Shown: positions 16,455 to 25,582 of the stretch, one piece after another | Layout: every line of letters starts with the position of its first letter | How positions within the stretch are numbered: position 1 is the first letter of the stretch | NCBI GenBank assembly: GCA_963835605.1 | Contig: CAWIHO010000045.1 | Coordinates: 12,713-44,712, forward strand | Direction of reading: 5' to 3' | Length of the DNA stretch: 32,000 bases | DNA from: an uncultured delta proteobacterium | Lineage (GTDB): Bacteria; Desulfobacterota; Syntrophorhabdia; Syntrophorhabdales; WCHB1-27 | The notes under the pieces: generated by a model | Told to the model about the DNA's origin: nothing | The model's input: the letters and a program-made list of their open reading frames with translations, nothing else | Database searches by the model: none | Position numbers and translations under genes: made by a program

Positions 16455-17280
16455 CTACCGCTGCGCCACCGCATAGACTATTGCAACGGATAGATGCAGG
16501 CCATCCTGGCGGACCAGGGGACGCAGCTTGGCAAGGTATTCCTCCTTGAACCGCGCGCGTATCCTCATCCATACGCAGGATCGACGGTCGCGGGCCAATG
16601 GTCAGCTGGAACGCCCACCAATCGTCAAGGCTCGCATAGGCGATGTCGTTCGGCTCACTCCGTAGCTCGATGGAGCGAAAACCGGATCGACTCAGCAGGG
16701 CCTCCACTTCCTCCGACGCGTAGCCTAAGGGTCGCGGCATGCGGACCCAACCTCCATACGCCTCAAACTGTTGGATCAGGAGCGGCCAGCCCGGATTGAA
16801 GGGTGGGGGTGTGTTGCCGAACATGGATATGCCGATAGAGCCGCCAGGCTTGGAGACCCGGTACATCTCCCGCAGCGCAGCCTCCATATCCGGACAAAGA
16901 AAGAGCGAAAGAGCGCAGGTAACGGCATCGAAGGTCTGGTCCGGGAAATCGAGATGCTCGGCATCCATCTTGCGGAAGGTGACGTTGGTCAGGCCCTCTG
17001 CGGCAGCGGCGCGTTCGGCTTCCCGGAGTATCCCTCCGGACAGGTCAATGCCGGTTACCTGTCCCCCTGATCCCACCTGCCGCGCGGCAGCAAGGAGCAC
17101 TGCGCCCGTGCCTGTGGCAACATCGAGCACGCGCGCGCCTTGCTTAAGCGGCATTCGTTCAACCAGGCGCCTGCCGAACTGCGTAAAGACGCTTGGACCG
17201 GTGCGGTTATACGACCTGGCCGCATCGTCGAAGAGTTGCTCAATCACCTGTTTCGTGGCAACCGTTGGCATTGTCTCCAT
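16455..17280 (-). pseudogene. class I SAM-dependent methyltransferase (UbiE/type-11 like), frameshifted near its 3' end
   Basis: - Good methyltransferase sequence up to ...RMDEDTRA (VLDVATGTGAVLL, VSKPGGSIGISMF).
- After the (CG)4 run at 16552-16559 the track ORF turns into a Pro/Gly/Cys-rich tail that overlaps the next gene.
- The +1 frame instead reads FKEEYLAKLRPLVRQDGLHLSVAIVYAVAQR and stops at 16457-16455. Confidence 0.7.
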
Positions 17281-17391
17281 ACGTCACCTCCTTCTGGGTT
17301 TGTTGAGGGCTATCGCAGCAACGGCACCAAAGATGACCCCATGAGGTCACACTCCTTGCGGTGATGCCCTTTCATCGTCGGACACCTCGCC

Positions 17392-17565
17392 TTAACCGGT
17401 TCGCTGCCTCTCGGCTTTTGCTCTCTTCCTGTTTTGAGCACGGGCTTGTTTGCTCGCTTGCCGGCAATACTCGCACCTCAGGTCTTGGTCGAGGAGATCT
17501 CTGAACGTACTTTTGCCGCAGGAAACGCACGGTGCGAAGTAAACGATGTTGGACGACTCTTCCAT
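17392..17565 (-). CDS. small (57 aa) Cys4 zinc-ribbon-like protein with basic tail, hypothetical
   Basis: Below the ORF-track size cut-off. My translation: MEESSNIVYFAPCVSCGKSTFRDLLDQDLRCEYCRQASKQARAQNRKRAKAERQRTG (CxxC-x17-CxxC). Same strand as, and directly upstream of, the two methyltransferase genes. RBS is weak. Confidence 0.3.
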   Translation of the reverse strand: MEESSNIVYFAPCVSCGKSTFRDLLDQDLRCEYCRQASKQARAQNRKRAKAERQRTG

Positions 17566-18286
17566 GAGAATAACCGTCCCCTGATATAAAGAACGAGAAA
17601 CGGTCAGTGCTGCGGGGATGCTTTCATGGTAGCAGGAGTCTGTCTCGTTGTCAATTCGAAAAAAGAGAGAGCTGCGTGGACCACGATAACGCCACGGATG
17701 GAGGTATCAAGATGCGCAGCCAAGTGTGACACCACGGTTACAACCTCACGATTACCGGTTCAAAGCTTCAATCTATCAGCGCGCTCATCGTGTGAATGTT
17801 GCAGGAAGGAACAAATAGAGCTCAACTGATCCCGAACCATTCACGCAACCTCTTCTGTATGTGCCCGAAGGTTTCCTCGAGCAGGAAGATATCATTGTGC
17901 AATGCCCGGTGTATCTCCACAACAGGAGCGCCGGTTGCTGCAAGCTCTTTGCACGTAGCCACAATCTCGGGAACGTCTCGGGATCCAAACAGTAGTAGTG
18001 ACCGTGAGCTATCGCGGACACGTGCAAACATTCGTTTTCAGGCACACTGAGCTGGGTCGAAGATTACGCTTTGAAACGATGTAACAATACGGACCAGCGG
18101 CATTGGCCGTGCCGCCTTCGCCTGGGTGTCTCTGATAGGCACCCTCGTTTATGCAGGTCGTGCAGCGAGGAATCCGCCAGAGCTGCGGGTTCCTCGAATT
18201 AACGTACTTTTCATGTGACTTTAATTTTCCCTTAACACTCTGCGGCCAAACTATCCCCAACACATGCGACCTTACGAGGTGGACTC

Positions 18287-19108
18287 ATGATTCGCACACA
18301 GGGGCTCACAGTTTCCTATTCCGGCGTCAACGCCCTTTATCCAATGTCAATCGTTTTCAGGGAGCAGGAATTCACCGTGCTCTTAGGTCCTTCAGGAGCG
18401 GGCAAGTCAACACTCCTTCGCAGCCTGAACCTGCTTATCCGGCCTTCGTCAGGATCGATAATGGTTAACGGTGTGGGTGTGGTCAGCGGCGGGAAAGCGT
18501 TGCGCGACCACCGCCGCTGCACCGCAATGATCTTCCAACAGCATCAACTCCTTGATCGTCAGACTGCCCTGCACAACGTCCTCATCGGCCGGCTCGGTTA
18601 TCACTCCACGCTGCGGAGCATCTTTCCTCTTTCCCGCGAGGAACAGATCATCGGTCTCCAGAGCTTGGAGCGTGTGGGTCTTTTGCAGAAGGCGATGGAG
18701 AGGGTCGACCGCTTAAGCGGCGGCGAACGCCAGCGGGTAGGCATCGCGCGCTGCCTGGCCCAAAAACCGCGTATTATTCTCGCGGACGAGCCCGTAGCAA
18801 GCCTTGATCCGGCCACGGCTGAAAAGGTAATGTCGCTTCTCGGCGGGATATGCAGAGAAGACGGTATCACCGCCATCGTAAGCCTGCACCAGGTCTCCAT
18901 CGCCAAACGGTTCGCCGATCGGGTGCTCGGTCTCACTCATGGAAGGATTGTATTCGATGGCACCGCCGATGAGCTGACCGATGGTGCACTTAACCTGATC
19001 TATAACGGCAGTGAAGTTCGAGTAAGGAGAGAATCGAAGGAAGTTGCCCTGGTCTCAGGAGACAGTGTGACCGGGCTGGAGAGCCGGCCGGTCCGGCTCT
19101 ATCAATAA
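18287..19108 (+). CDS. ptxA: phosphite/phosphonate ABC transporter ATP-binding protein (PhnC family; PtxA by context)
   Basis: Walker A GPSGAGKST, signature LSGGERQRVGIAR, Walker B ILADEP. GAGGTGG RBS. First gene of the operon ending in ptxD. Confidence 0.85.
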   Translation: MIRTQGLTVSYSGVNALYPMSIVFREQEFTVLLGPSGAGKSTLLRSLNLLIRPSSGSIMVNGVGVVSGGKALRDHRRCTAMIFQQHQLLDRQTALHNVLIGRLGYHSTLRSIFPLSREEQIIGLQSLERVGLLQKAMERVDRLSGGERQRVGIARCLAQKPRIILADEPVASLDPATAEKVMSLLGGICREDGITAIVSLHQVSIAKRFADRVLGLTHGRIVFDGTADELTDGALNLIYNGSEVRVRRESKEVALVSGDSVTGLESRPVRLYQ

Positions 19109-19990
<882 letters not shown>

Positions 19991-19993
19991 CCA

Positions 19994-20794
19994 ATGGCAA
20001 AGATTCAGTACCTTGACGTTCTTGAACTGAAGAGGCGGCGCACTCGAAAGACCATGATACAGGCCTGCTTCGCGCTGCTTCTCGCCGGCGGCTGCCTTTT
20101 TTATGTGGGCTTCTTCGACACGCAGCGCCTGGCTGAAGGGATTCCGGCGATTCTCTCATTGATCACCGAGAGCCTGCCGCCTGATTTCACGGACAGCTTG
20201 AAATGGCTGAAACCTCTGGCCGACACTTTGGCAATGAGCGTCGCGGGCACCTGCCTCGCGGTCGCGCTCTCGCTGCCCCTCGCGCTTCTTGGCTCGGGCG
20301 CCACCTCTCCTCACCCCGCCATCTACCATGTGACACGACTGGTTCTGAATGCGCTCAGATCGGTGCCTGAACTAATCATGGGTATCCTTTTCGTGGCTGC
20401 CGTCGGCTTTGGCGTGCTGCCGGGCGTGCTTGCTCTGGGTCTCCACTCCGTCGGCATGGTCGGCAAGTTCTTTTCCGAAGCCATCGAGCACGTGGACAAC
20501 GAGCCGGTGGAGGCAGTCCGTTCATCGGGTGCCAGTCACCTGCAGGTGATCCTGCACGGTATTCTCCCGCAGGTGCTGCCGCAGATGGCGGATGTGGCTA
20601 TCTACCGGTGGGAGTACAACTTCAGGGCCTCGACCGTGATGGGCATGGTGGGGGCAGGCGGCATCGGTTTCGAGTTGATGGGATCGCTCCGTCTGATGCA
20701 ATACCGCGAAGTGTCGGCCCTCCTTCTTGTGATCCTTGCAATGGTCACCATTGTCGATACCCTTGGCTCCTATCTGAGGAACAGGTTCAAATGA
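19994..20794 (+). CDS. ptxC: phosphite/phosphonate ABC transporter permease (PhnE family; PtxC by context)
   Basis: 266-aa polytopic membrane protein. PhnE-like EAIEHVDNEPVEAVRSSGAS loop (EAA motif region). Confidence 0.85.
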   Translation: MAKIQYLDVLELKRRRTRKTMIQACFALLLAGGCLFYVGFFDTQRLAEGIPAILSLITESLPPDFTDSLKWLKPLADTLAMSVAGTCLAVALSLPLALLGSGATSPHPAIYHVTRLVLNALRSVPELIMGILFVAAVGFGVLPGVLALGLHSVGMVGKFFSEAIEHVDNEPVEAVRSSGASHLQVILHGILPQVLPQMADVAIYRWEYNFRASTVMGMVGAGGIGFELMGSLRLMQYREVSALLLVILAMVTIVDTLGSYLRNRFK

Positions 20795-20811
20795 AAACGA
20801 ATGGAGGCGTC

Positions 20812-21843
20812 ATGCGACCGCGCCTGGTCATCACCCATTGGGTTCATCCGGAAGTCGTTGATCTTCTGAGCCGCAGCTTTGATGTGATCCCCAACATAAC
20901 GCGTGAGACCCTGCCCCGCGCAGAGGTCCTGCGGCGAGCGCAGGAGGCCGAGGCCATCATGATCTTCATGCCGGATGTAATCGACCGATCATTAGTTGAG
21001 GCATGTCCCCGTTTGAAAATCATTGCGGGGGCCTTCAAGGGCTATGATAACGTTGACGTTGAGGCATGCACTGAGAATGGCGTATGGTTTACGATCATCC
21101 GTGATCTCCTCACCGTCCCCACAGCCGAGCTGGCTGTCGGTCTCCTGATCGGCCTCACCCGTAACATTGCAACGGGAGACTCTTGTGTCCGTACCGGGAG
21201 ATTTACCGGCTGGCGCCCCGTGCTTTACGGAGGCGGACTTGCCGGCAAGACGGTGGGCATCGTTGGGCTGGGCGCCATAGGCCGCACCATCGCAAAATGT
21301 CTTTCGGGCTTCGATGTCAGCCTGATCTACAGTGATCCCATAGAACCGGCGAAGCCTGTCAGTCCCGGGCTGATGCGTGTCTCCTTCGGCGATCTTCTCG
21401 AACAGAGCGATTATGTTATCCTCTCGCTACCGCTCAGTTCCGCAAGTTTTCATCTGATCAACAGGGAGAGCTTGGCGCGCATGAAAGCCGGCGCTTATCT
21501 TGTGAACGTCGGAAGGGGCTCAGTGGTGGATGAACAGGCGATCGCTGACTTCCTCGAGTCGGGTCACCTTGCCGGTTATGCGGCCGACGTGTTTGAAATG
21601 GAAGATCTTTCTAGGGGTGACCGCCCCCTTGCGATTCCCGAACACCTGCTTCAAACCCACCATAGGACACTCTTTACTCCGCACCTCGGTTCAGCGGTGG
21701 ACGAGGTGAGGCGGGCAATAGCGCTTGAGGCAGCAGCCAATATCTTTGAGGCACTGAATGGAGAAAGACCGAAAGGGGCGATAAACGACCCGCGTACCAC
21801 GTGCGAACCGCCATACGCGCAGTCCGTTACGTACGGACTCTGA
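20812..21843 (+). CDS. ptxD: NAD-dependent phosphite dehydrogenase (D-2-hydroxyacid dehydrogenase family)
   Basis: Colinear with Pseudomonas stutzeri PtxD as I remember it: LVITHWVH, IFMPD, DLLTVPTAELAVGL, GIVGLGAIG, VNVGRGSVVDE, GYAADVFEMEDLSRGDRP, TLFTPHLGSAV (Arg/Glu/His catalytic triad context). Start at ATG 20812 (GGAGG at 20803-20807). ATG 20791, which overlaps the ptxC stop, is an alternative. The track start at 20608 lies inside ptxC. Confidence 0.9.
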   Translation: MRPRLVITHWVHPEVVDLLSRSFDVIPNITRETLPRAEVLRRAQEAEAIMIFMPDVIDRSLVEACPRLKIIAGAFKGYDNVDVEACTENGVWFTIIRDLLTVPTAELAVGLLIGLTRNIATGDSCVRTGRFTGWRPVLYGGGLAGKTVGIVGLGAIGRTIAKCLSGFDVSLIYSDPIEPAKPVSPGLMRVSFGDLLEQSDYVILSLPLSSASFHLINRESLARMKAGAYLVNVGRGSVVDEQAIADFLESGHLAGYAADVFEMEDLSRGDRPLAIPEHLLQTHHRTLFTPHLGSAVDEVRRAIALEAAANIFEALNGERPKGAINDPRTTCEPPYAQSVTYGL

Positions 21844-22215
21844 GCCAAGACTAACAATGTTCTGCTCAGGCCAGTGCCTCTCTGCCAAGCTACAATGTAG
21901 GCGGACAATTAGGTTTGATTCCTGCCGATAGGTTGAGAGATCAATACTCTTTCCGCAAGAGCGCATTGCCACGGGTAATGTGGCATCGGATTTGGAAAAG
22001 GCAAATGCACCAGTACAGGAAGACATTTTTCTGTTCGAGACATATGTTGAGAGCACCTAATCTTCCCTTCTGACTGGACCTACGCTTTCCAACTATACCG
22101 CTTCAAACAGCGCATACGTAAGATTCAGTGGCTGGCCCGAAGCATCGTCTGTACCGTCCGCCGAGATTATTCACTCCTCATTTCTAGATCGCAAGAATTG
22201 GGACCGTAAGAGAGG

Positions 22216-22728
22216 CTATTTCGTGTCGGAGATCTTCTTTTCGAATGCATCCCAGAAAGCAGAATCGGGCTTGCGCCAATAAGGGCCCCATTCTTCCCCC
22301 AAAACCCCCTCGATCTCTTTCAGGAGCCGCTTCCAGGCAGGGCCGTATTCATACGTCAGGACGTCCTCGAGCAGGGGGACCAAGGTACCGAGTTTGTCCT
22401 TGGGCAGGTATGCCCGTGCTCCCAACTCTATCGACGTCTTGAGGGCTTCGGGCGAGAGGGCGTGGGCGGTGAGCATCACGGCAGGCATCGGATACGGGCG
22501 GGCGGTTGCCTGCTGAAGAAGATCAAAACCTCGGACGCCCATGATATCCAGGATAACGAGATCATAGGTCCATAAGCCAAGGAGCCGGGATGCTTCCTGG
22601 TAGATGGTGGCTGTCTCCACCTTACTCTTCGGGGCAGCCGACAGGATCTCTTGCTTGAGTATCGTGAGAACATCGGGCTCATCGTCTACCGCGAGAATTG
22701 TCTTGTGGTTCAAAACCGATTCTGACAT
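22216..22728 (-). CDS. stand-alone response-regulator receiver protein with ~50-aa C-terminal extension
   Basis: REC hallmarks: ILAVDDEPD, phospho-acceptor context LVILDIMG, MLTAH, YLPKD. Followed by ...LEDVLTYEYGPAWKRLLKEIE... Confidence 0.85.
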   Translation of the reverse strand: MSESVLNHKTILAVDDEPDVLTILKQEILSAAPKSKVETATIYQEASRLLGLWTYDLVILDIMGVRGFDLLQQATARPYPMPAVMLTAHALSPEALKTSIELGARAYLPKDKLGTLVPLLEDVLTYEYGPAWKRLLKEIEGVLGEEWGPYWRKPDSAFWDAFEKKISDTK

Positions 22729-22831
22729 TCGCTCCTCCTTTGCGGCTGAGGGGTAATGGAGAGCCGGGTGCGCTTCTGACAGAGTTCAGTGATGTCGACG
22801 GCGCGCTCGGCAGAAGCCCCGGTCTGCGCCC

Positions 22832-23311
22832 CTAGTACCAAAAGGTGACATCAGCTCTTCCTTTCCACCCAGGATCAAACTGGTCGTCAAAGTAACTCTC
22901 CAATTTCTCCAGGAGTCGCTTCCAGCCCGCCTTATACTCGTGGGTGAGGACGTCCTCTAAGAACGGAATAATCTCTCCCAGCTTATCCTTCGGCAGATAG
23001 GCGCGCGCACCAAGGTCATGGGATTTCTTGAGGGCCTCGGGCGTGAGGTCATGCGCAGTGAGCATAGCTACTCTGAAATTCCTTTTCACGGCCAGGTCGA
23101 GGAGGTCGAATCCACGTACGCCCATGATGTCGAGGATCACGATGTCGTACGTGTTTTCGCTGATCAGCTCGGCCGCTTTCCCGTGGGTGGTGGCCTTGTC
23201 GACCTTGCAGTTCGGGCAGGAATCCTTGATCTCCTCTTCCAGCACGGTTAGTACGTCGGGTTCATCGTCTACGGCCAATATCCTTTTGCCATCTAGAATC
23301 GAAGCGGCCAT
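22832..23311 (-). CDS. stand-alone response-regulator receiver protein, paralogue of 22216-22728
   Basis: Same REC hallmarks (ILAVDDEPD, IVILDIMG, MLTAH, YLPKD) and the same C-terminal extension (LEDVLTHEYKAGWKRLLEKLE). Confidence 0.85.
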   Translation of the reverse strand: MAASILDGKRILAVDDEPDVLTVLEEEIKDSCPNCKVDKATTHGKAAELISENTYDIVILDIMGVRGFDLLDLAVKRNFRVAMLTAHDLTPEALKKSHDLGARAYLPKDKLGEIIPFLEDVLTHEYKAGWKRLLEKLESYFDDQFDPGWKGRADVTFWY

Positions 23312-23428
23312 GCTGTACCTCCTTCTTTATGCTTGACTGTGGGCACTCTCCATCTTTTTCCCATGCGGCGCCAGCCGCTTCCGCGACGGGAACAAGCAAG
23401 ACGTGCATCACTCTTGTGCCGCGTTCCC

Positions 23429-23456
23429 ATTGTAACGCGACGATATTTTTTGTCAA
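23429..23456 (-). promoter_or_regulatory. sigma70-like promoter (TTGACA-16-TACAAT, minus strand) for the receiver genes
   Basis: Minus-strand -35 TTGACA at 23456-23451 and -10 TACAAT at 23434-23429. Leaves a ~110-nt leader before ATG 23311. Confidence 0.5.
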
Positions 23457-23469
23457 GCACGTTTTTGTA

Positions 23470-24900
23470 TCAGCCTGTACGCATAAGATGTGTTGGATAG
23501 GCTGGATGTAGGAGAACAGAATCGTCCACCGTCAAATATGCGAGGGTCAAATGTTATCCCTTTCCGCATGTAATAACGAATGACTTCTGAGCGAGGGCGA
23601 TTCACCCTTTCAGTCAACTATATTTAATTCCCCCTGCAACAAAAGATGTTTTGTGGCTCAACATTGCAAAGATCACGCGAATGAGTTTATGGGCTGTCGC
23701 GAGAACAGCCTTTTTGTAAATGAGCCCTTCTTCTCTTCTCCTGAAGAAGTAGGCCTGAAGACTTCATTGTTGGTAATGACCCTGGTGGTCATCAGCCAGA
23801 TGACCCTCCGGAGATGGCGATTTCCTCTTTTGCTGATCTTGCTTTCTCCTTCGTATTTGCCTGATTGATAGGTCGAAGGATCGAGCCCTGCAGCAGCGAT
23901 CAGCTTCCGGTCATGTTCGAACGCCTTTATATCTCCTCCCACCTCGATCAAGAAGTTGAATGCGGTCTTGTCGCCGATACCTCGCATGGAGGTGAGGATC
24001 TTTGCGTCTCGCTGTATCTTCTCACCTGAAAGATCCATGGTGAGCTGCATGATCTCTTCGGCCTGCCCCTCAAGCGCAAGAAGCAGGGAGGCTTCCTGTT
24101 TCAGGATCATATCTTTTGCCGGACTCGCAACGCCCACGGATGTGGTTGCGGCATCCATGGGCAGAAGGAAACTCAGTAAGAAGACGAAGCGTTGCTTTGG
24201 TAAAGATACCGGTGATGGTCTCCAGTTCCGGGAAGGTCACGGAGAGAATCCGCTTCATGTCGTTCTTCAGCGACGTCATCTGGTCTACGAGCCTCTCCCT
24301 TCTTCGGGAAAGATCTCTGAGCTCAGTAACGTGAGGGGATGCGGTGTGCGTGGTCACCGCCTTCTTTTGAAGGAGCAAGAACTGCGCTATGGTAAAGGCA
24401 TCTTTCTTATCCGTCTTTGTTTTTCTCAAAGACAATTTTGCGAAGTTTGCGATCAGCAGAGGGTTGATAATAGCAACGCGATAGCCTTTTGCGGTAAGAT
24501 ACGAAAACAGGGCGATATGGTAACTGGCCGTGGATTCCATACCGAGGAGCAGGGATGCCGTGCTCACCGCCGCCAACCTTGTCACGAGCTTGTCAAATCC
24601 CTCTCGGTTCATCGGGAAGGAGAGGGAGAATACCTTCTTCCCTTCATCGCCAATCCCACACGCATCACATTTCTCTTTCGGCACATCGATTCCAACATAC
24701 ATACACCAACCTCCTTAAACGTAGCAGAAAAGCAGGGATTGCCTCCGGCCAATCCTCCTCGGTCACAAGGGCTCTGTGCGGCCCAATCAACTTATCATGG
24801 CTCCAAGAGGCAGGGGACAGACTGAAATAAGGGTTCGGCGACCCAGGAAGCATTATAAGTCCCCCTGCCTTCCTTGGGGCTAATCTTACTGCCTCTCACA
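23470..24900 (-). mobile_element. IS110-family element, decayed; boundaries approximate
   Basis: Bounded outside by the receiver-gene promoter (23429-23456) and the HxlR gene end (25068). IS110 elements lack classical IRs, so the ends cannot be fixed by eye. Confidence 0.5.
23614..24702 (-). pseudogene. IS110-family (DEDD) transposase, disrupted by two frameshifts
   Basis: - N-terminal ORF MYVGIDVPKEKCDACGIGDEGKK... (24702-24070).
- Middle ORF ...LTSMRGIGDKTAFNFLIEVGGDIKAFEHDRKLIAAAGLDPSTYQSGKYEGESKISKRGNRHLRRV... (24158-23673), in another frame.
- After ...NNEVFR a third frame gives the expected ending AYFFRRREEGLIYKKAVLATAHKLIRVIFAMLSHKTSF..., stopping at 23616-23614. Confidence 0.8.
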
Positions 24901-25067
24901 CTTACTTATACAGGAATTAATGGTAGGAGGAAGTTGTGTGCAGGGTATAACTCTCAATATTTTGAAAGCTCTACCCTGAAGAAAATTGCGTGTAACGTCG
25001 ATGAGCAGAGGCCTCGAGCCGATAGTGAAGCAGTTGAATCAATTGTTGCGCTGTGTGAAACAAGGGA

Positions 25068-25499
25068 TCATTCGGTTGTGGGCTCCGGGTCCCTCGCCGC
25101 GAGTCTTTTCCGGATTTCCTTCATCGCGCCGCTCTTGTTCTTCCGGATGTCTCTCGCAAGCCCATGCGTGCGTTCCGGGATTTCAAAGTACTTATCACCC
25201 CATAGGATTATCTCAAGCAAAGCAGGCATCAAATCGATCCCCTTAGGGGTCAGTCGGTAGAGATTCTTTACCTTGTTTCCAGGAAAGGCCCTTTTTTCGA
25301 CGATCCCGTTCCTTTCCAGAATCAGGAGGCGATCGGCAAGAATATTGGTCGCGATCTTTTCTTCGGACTGCAAGAACTCACCGTAGGTCTTCTTTCCTTT
25401 GAACATCAGGTCCCTTATGATCAGCAACGTCCACTTGTCACCCAGAATATCGAGAGTGGAGCTGATAGGGCACATCGATCGCCTGGTGGTTTTCTTCAT
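25068..25499 (-). CDS. HxlR-family winged-helix transcriptional regulator
   Basis: CPISSTLDILGDKWTLLIIRDL...KTYGEFLQSEEKIATNILADRLLILERNGIV... Start at ATG 25499 (MKKTTRRS) rather than the track start at 25535. Confidence 0.85.
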   Translation of the reverse strand: MKKTTRRSMCPISSTLDILGDKWTLLIIRDLMFKGKKTYGEFLQSEEKIATNILADRLLILERNGIVEKRAFPGNKVKNLYRLTPKGIDLMPALLEIILWGDKYFEIPERTHGLARDIRKNKSGAMKEIRKRLAARDPEPTTE

Positions 25500-25582
25500 G
25501 TTAATAAGGTTATACAAATTACTTGCAAAAAGCAAGCTTATGGTCTATACTACTTGCAATTCGAAAGTAACATGGAGGAGTT

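Noticed and set aside
10294-17344. Long ORFs opposite annotated genes: 10294-10974 (+), 12901-13305 (-), 13399-13806 (-), 14710-15273 (-), 16739-17344 (+)
   Set aside because: Each lies wholly antisense to a gene with clear family motifs (XDH large subunit, transposase, methyltransferases). Their compositions are Arg/Ser/Pro-rich shadow-frame products.
21981-21996. TGGCAT-N5-TTGG resembling a sigma54 -24/-12 element
   Set aside because: The -12 element is GG rather than GC. It also points on the plus strand toward genes encoded on the minus strand.
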